A DNA stretch of 64,000 bases from Glycera tridactyla (lineage: Eukaryota): positions 38,750,001-38,814,000 of the forward strand of contig OZ286463.1 in NCBI GenBank assembly GCA_965644265.1. Direction: 5' to 3'. The position numbers and the translations under genes were made by a program. The notes below the pieces were generated by a model. That model saw nothing but the letters and a program-made list of their open reading frames with translations, was not told where the DNA came from and made no database searches. Each line of letters starts with the position of its first letter. The stretch's first letter is position 1. Positions 59,000-64,000 of the stretch are shown one piece after another.

Positions 59000-61900
59000 T
59001 TAGTGAGACATCCTTGATCAAGATTTTAATCATGTGCAACTTATAAATCTGAGAAAATGGTGTGTCTGAGACACAAGTAGTGAACAACTATATGACTGTC
59101 ATTTTAGCACAATTTATTGGAAGAACCAAGTTCAACCAATGCAGTGCTTCTGACTGGCAGCAAGGATGCTAGCATGTAGGTGTCTAAGATATAAAGAGAT
59201 GCTGAGTACAACTCAGCCGCTGGTTATATAGATCCAACGTACAGCAGTTGCATAACCCTCCAGAAGATGCATCAGTGGCAATTTCACACTTCATTGAGCA
59301 CAACATCGACTTAACTACAACATCACATAATCAAGTTATCATAGTCACGGAAGTTTACACAATCAGGTTACCTAAGTCACGAAGGAGTTATCTTAATCAT
59401 GTCCAACTCACTAATTGAGTGAACCAAGATGGCCACCATAGACATTGAGAATTGACAATGAGATGTGTGGGTAGTATGTGGTGGTGTTAAACTGTACTCA
59501 ATCAATATGTCTCTGGAAATCTCTGGGAAGTAGCCAGAGTGTAGTGAATGGCAGTGATCGTATGATGGTAGAATATGGAATGTGTCATGAGAGTGTGGGT
59601 GTGTTTTTCTGGAGGGTGTGGTGAATTCCTGATGTGAGATTCCATGTGCTATGTGGGTGGTGGTAGGTCAGTGGTGGAGTGTATGTGGTATTACATTGGT
59701 TAGTGTGGTGATTGCCATGGAGATTGGAGAGTGTAATCAGTGGTGTGTGACAGATGGTGTGCAGGCCATGATGATCGTGTGACTTCAGGTGATGAGCATA
59801 TCGTATACATGCATGAATGAGCAGGGAGTAAGATTATCCTGTTATTGTACACAGGTATTCTTCATTAGAGAGACTCAAGATTACGGAAAAATGCCAGTGC
59901 ATAATGCAGTAAGACATTTCAGTAAAGGCTGGTTTCAAAGATGTACATGAGTGATTGCATCTGTATGGGTGTACAAGTGTGTCTGTATGTTTGTCTGTCT
60001 GTGTGTGTGTTTTCTCTGTGTGTGCATCTGTGTGTTTAAAGGAATATATGTTTGTCTGTATGATTGTAGGTGTGTGAAAAGAAGTGTATGGAGAGTATAT
60101 GGAATAGTTCCAGGTTGGAATAGATGTGAATGGATAGCTGAAGATAGAGATGTATGAATGGATAGTTGAAGACAGTGTGAATGGATAGTTGAAGATAGAG
60201 TGAGGAATAGATATGAATAGAGGTGGGGATAGATGTCCTAAATTTCATGGTTATAACTCCTCCCCCGCTGAAAAGCTTCGAAGCCTAGCGGAGAAGCCAC
60301 ACAGTCCCTGTGTGAAGGGAACCTGGTGAGGATAAAAATAGACTTGATTATAGAGACAGATGATTATAGACGTAAGAAGACACATAGTACACAAGTAAAT
60401 ATGACATTTGGGTTGTATACAACACCAAAACCAAAACCTGAAAGAGAAGAATATGAAAATGTTCCCAAGCAATTTGCTTGTTGAAGTCAAATTGGCAGGA
60501 AAGTTCATCTGCATTAAATCATGATCATAACGTGCTGGTACTGAGTCACTGAGTTCATGAACGACACGAAGAATTCCTGTTAGCGGGCATGGGTGATGGG
60601 AAAATGAGTCCAAGCAAGAACAAGTAAAACACCATGAGCACCATTGGCTTAAAGAAGATGTCACATGTGTACGACGCGAGCAGGCTGGATCCAGGGGTTG
60701 AAGGTTGAAACCATTACCAATGTTGCCGGTCATCGAAGTTCGTGAGCACGTGAACGAGAAAGCACAAGTGGAGGTAGCTAATCTCCAAGGCTATGTCAGC
60801 AGCGTGTTGATGGCAGTTGAGAACCAGGTGGCAACAAGTGTGAGGATTGCAAGTATGATGACGCGCGTGACACTAGGGATAGGTATAAGCATGTATAGCG
60901 TAAAAAACTGCACCACGTAGGTGAGTAGGCACGAGGTGACGTCACAGGGTGAATACAAAAATTGCAAGGCACATAATTCTATCCAACATGCCTTGTGAGT
61001 GAACTGAGCAACACCGAGAGCACTGAGCACATGATGACGATGATGAATGTACATGAGCACATCTGGTTTTGTAAGTAGGACTGAACACAACAGAACGATA
61101 ACGACGGCGACAAGAACTGGTTGCAGGCAAGAAAACATTGCTTGGCCTCACTTGTCCACGTGAGACACGAACACAAGGCGAGCAGGATGCATCATCCAAC
61201 TCATTTTTGGGCTGCTCTGGCCCCAAATTCACTGACGATAACGCCAATCCAGGCGCATCCACAACTTCAGCAAACATATCAGAATAAGGTACATGTGAAC
61301 AAGACGACGCCTCTCCAGGCGTTGGTGCAATGTCATCAAACGACGTTGAGAGATCCGGGTACAGGTGCGAAGTGTGTCAAGCTATCAGCTTGACAGTCAG
61401 GAGGTTGGACCTCGCCACTGCATCAGCTGGTAAAATGGCGGGGCATGCATCATACCCTCACGGCTAGCCATCTCAAGGCCCAATGGCTCCTAGTACGGTG
61501 GTGCTTTCTTTTCAGTGAACGATTTTATAAAACAGGTTACGTGCAACTTAGACGACGCCACTCCAGGCGTTGGTGCAATCTCGGTGACCATCAGAAGGTT
61601 GGACCTCGCCGCTGCATGAGCTAGTAAAATGGCGGGGCATGCATCATACCCACACGACTAGCCATCTCGAGGCCCAATGGCTCCTAATACGGTGGTGCTT
61701 TCTTTTCAGTCAACGATTTCATAAAACAGGTTACGACGCCACTCCAGGCGTTGGTGCAATCTCGGTGACCATCTGAAGGTTGGACCTCGCCGCTGCATGA
61801 GCTGGTAAAATGGCGGGGCATGCATCATACCCACACGACTAGCCATCTCGAGGCCCAATTGCTCCAGATATTGTGGTACCTTCTTCTCAGTGCAAAACTT

Positions 61901-63931
61901 ACAACAGGTGCAACACAGGAGAACCTTCTTTAACACTGCCACAGTGTTAACCTTTTCAAGTTCAACAAACATCATTCCAATGGACAGAGCAATTACAGCA
62001 ACTACAGTCAGAGCAGCAATCAATCCATGGAATAAGAATGAATGATGGTGGTGAGGATGGATGGATGGATGGATGGATGGATGGATGGATGGATGGATGG
62101 ATGGATGGATGGATGATCATCAAGGATCTGGTCAAGTGTGTCTGGGATCTGCAGAAGAGACTTCTGCAGGTCACCGGCAACAAGTGCCCAGATCTTTAAT
62201 GCCAATGGAAGATGAAAATGTGATGATTTGATGGAGATGTGAAAGTTGTTAAAGTAGAAAGGGGGAGATAATCATTGAAAGAAGTGCTTGAGTTAGACAG
62301 TGGGGGATTCAGCTCCCAAAGGGCTAGTAGTATTGTGGGGAAAATGGTAGAATAATAAATAAAATCATTCTCAGAAAATAAAGAATTTGACCAATTAAAA
62401 TGTTGTAGGGGTGAAATGAAACTGAAGGGGTGGATGGGTGTACCCAAGTTGCAATTTGCGCTGTGCCCTGTGGCAAATGGCACATAAAGTTGTGAAAGGG
62501 CACATCAGACCATATATACACTCTTTACATGGTTTGAGGCACATCCACACTTTACATGGTTTGGGGCACACACAAACACAAAATGGCACATGAAATCTTT
62601 ATCATTGTGCCCGAAAAACCCATATATATTCCTGAGCATGAAAATCCCTGAATCATACTCATAGCTCATCTGTTCTGAGTTGTGCCTCAAAACAAAAGAA
62701 AATCCACCATTGTGGAAAGCTATGCCTATCTATATAATAGATTTTGATCAAATTATGGTATCAGCCATCTGGCAAATGAAAAGGAACAACCACTTTGCTA
62801 GGTGTCATTCTAACCTGAAAACCCAACTTTTGAGGGATTATTTCAATTCTAGTGATATCACAACTAGGTTGAACAAGAAACTGGAAGTTTGTGGGATTAT
62901 TTTGTGTTGCATAATAGAAATTTGCCTCAGACAGAGTATCTAGTCAGGTAACTAGCTCGAAAGTTTAGTTTGTAAGTCTGGTCTCAGTTATGTTGGGTGT
63001 GGACACATGGGTCTGAGACTGAGGATATACCAGGCAGATAAATTTCATAAAAAGGAACTACAGTGGTGTTATATACTCCACACATGCTGATTTGAGTCAT
63101 GCCACCATCTATTATCAATTGGCCTCTGATGGTATATATTTTCAGTCATGGCATGTTAAAATGCTTCTGATCGGCTATGATCCTCATGGATCCATGAATG
63201 AACTAAAAAGAAATTGATAAATAAACAGTTATATACAAATCCTAGCAATAGATTAAATTTCAGTAGAATGAATGTCAAATAATGATTGTACATAGGATGG
63301 AATGAGACTCAGCATGAGAGAATTCAAAGTGATTTGTTTAAGTTGAATTTCAAAATAGATACACTGCATAGATAAGCAAATGATTGGTTGCACTGATGGG
63401 TAGTAGCTATGAGACATGAGCACTGAACTCAATGGAGGTTGTCACCCAAGATGAGTTGTGTACATAGGCCCTATATCCTGCATGCAGAAATCTCCTATGA
63501 TAATTCTGTTAATGCATGAATTTATGTTGTCCCTATGACAAGGCAGGTGACATTAGTATGTGAGACTGCTCTCAATACCATGACCTAATAGGTATCAGAA
63601 TCTGCTGGTTGACAGAGCTGATTTCCTATGGGCTGAAAGTAGTCCGGTCATCAGTCCTAAAAGGTGATTCTTGGGGGGAATCCATGAGTGGATCAAGAGA
63701 TTCATCAGACATGAATGGGAAGGATAGACAATAGTGTTGGGACTTGATTGATTTTTCATGTTTGAAGTTTGATTTTTCAAAACCAAAAAAAAACAACTTC
63801 AAACAATGTTTGATTTCTACCATATTTTCGATCAACTCACTTTTATAGGCAAATTCTTCTATCTAGCTCCTATTTATTGTATAGTCTTCCTTTGCAAGTT
63901 CTACCACTTTCTATATGATGGGATTTTGGAA
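59000..63931 (-). repeat. Right arm of ~4.93-kb inverted duplication
   Basis: As for the left arm; differs by one (TCCA) unit and at least four substitutions that I spotted. Confidence 0.95.
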
Positions 63932-64000
63932 TATTCTCACACAAATGATAACAGAAATCACAAGGTGAACTGATGCAGTGGTCAGATGTGGATGATCCAC

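Noticed and set aside
51313-63931. Giant TIR (foldback/Polinton-like) transposon
   Set aside because: No TSD, no characteristic terminal nucleotides, and the spacer holds only an RTE fragment and a gap rather than transposase/polymerase genes.

Overview
Eukaryotic (invertebrate-animal-like; taxon not determinable from sequence) repeat-rich scaffold with five N gaps (50-220, 8932-9062, 17625-17771, 40897-41169, 56950-57222). No prokaryotic genes, rRNA, tRNA or CRISPR array seen. By reading splice sites and phases I reconstruct two tandem minus-strand multi-exon genes that both start with a signal peptide followed by an 8-Cys SUEL (Gal_Lectin/rhamnose-binding-lectin-fold) domain. Gene A is complete: 7 exons, 40631->27124, 373 aa, SP-SUEL-CUB-like-Ser/Thr stalk-TM-56 aa tail. 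Gene B is partial: 4 exons, 16499->363, SP-SUEL-Thr stalk-EB-like module, running off the left edge. Introns and the intergenic region hold an (AAAC)n-tailed retroposon family (two copies with TSDs), L2, CR1-group, RTE and Penelope fragments, TA-flanked MITEs and several minisatellites. The right third is unusual. A CpG-rich promoter-like segment with a 73-nt GC-rich rod/cloverleaf hairpin precedes a frameshifted ~2.7-kb intronless zinc-finger/low-complexity ORF (47790-50495). Then follows a ~4.93-kb near-identical inverted duplication (51313-56248 / 59000-63931) whose inner breakpoint coincides with the 5' truncation of an RTE LINE; it may be real or an assembly artefact. All domain calls are by eye; no database searches were run.
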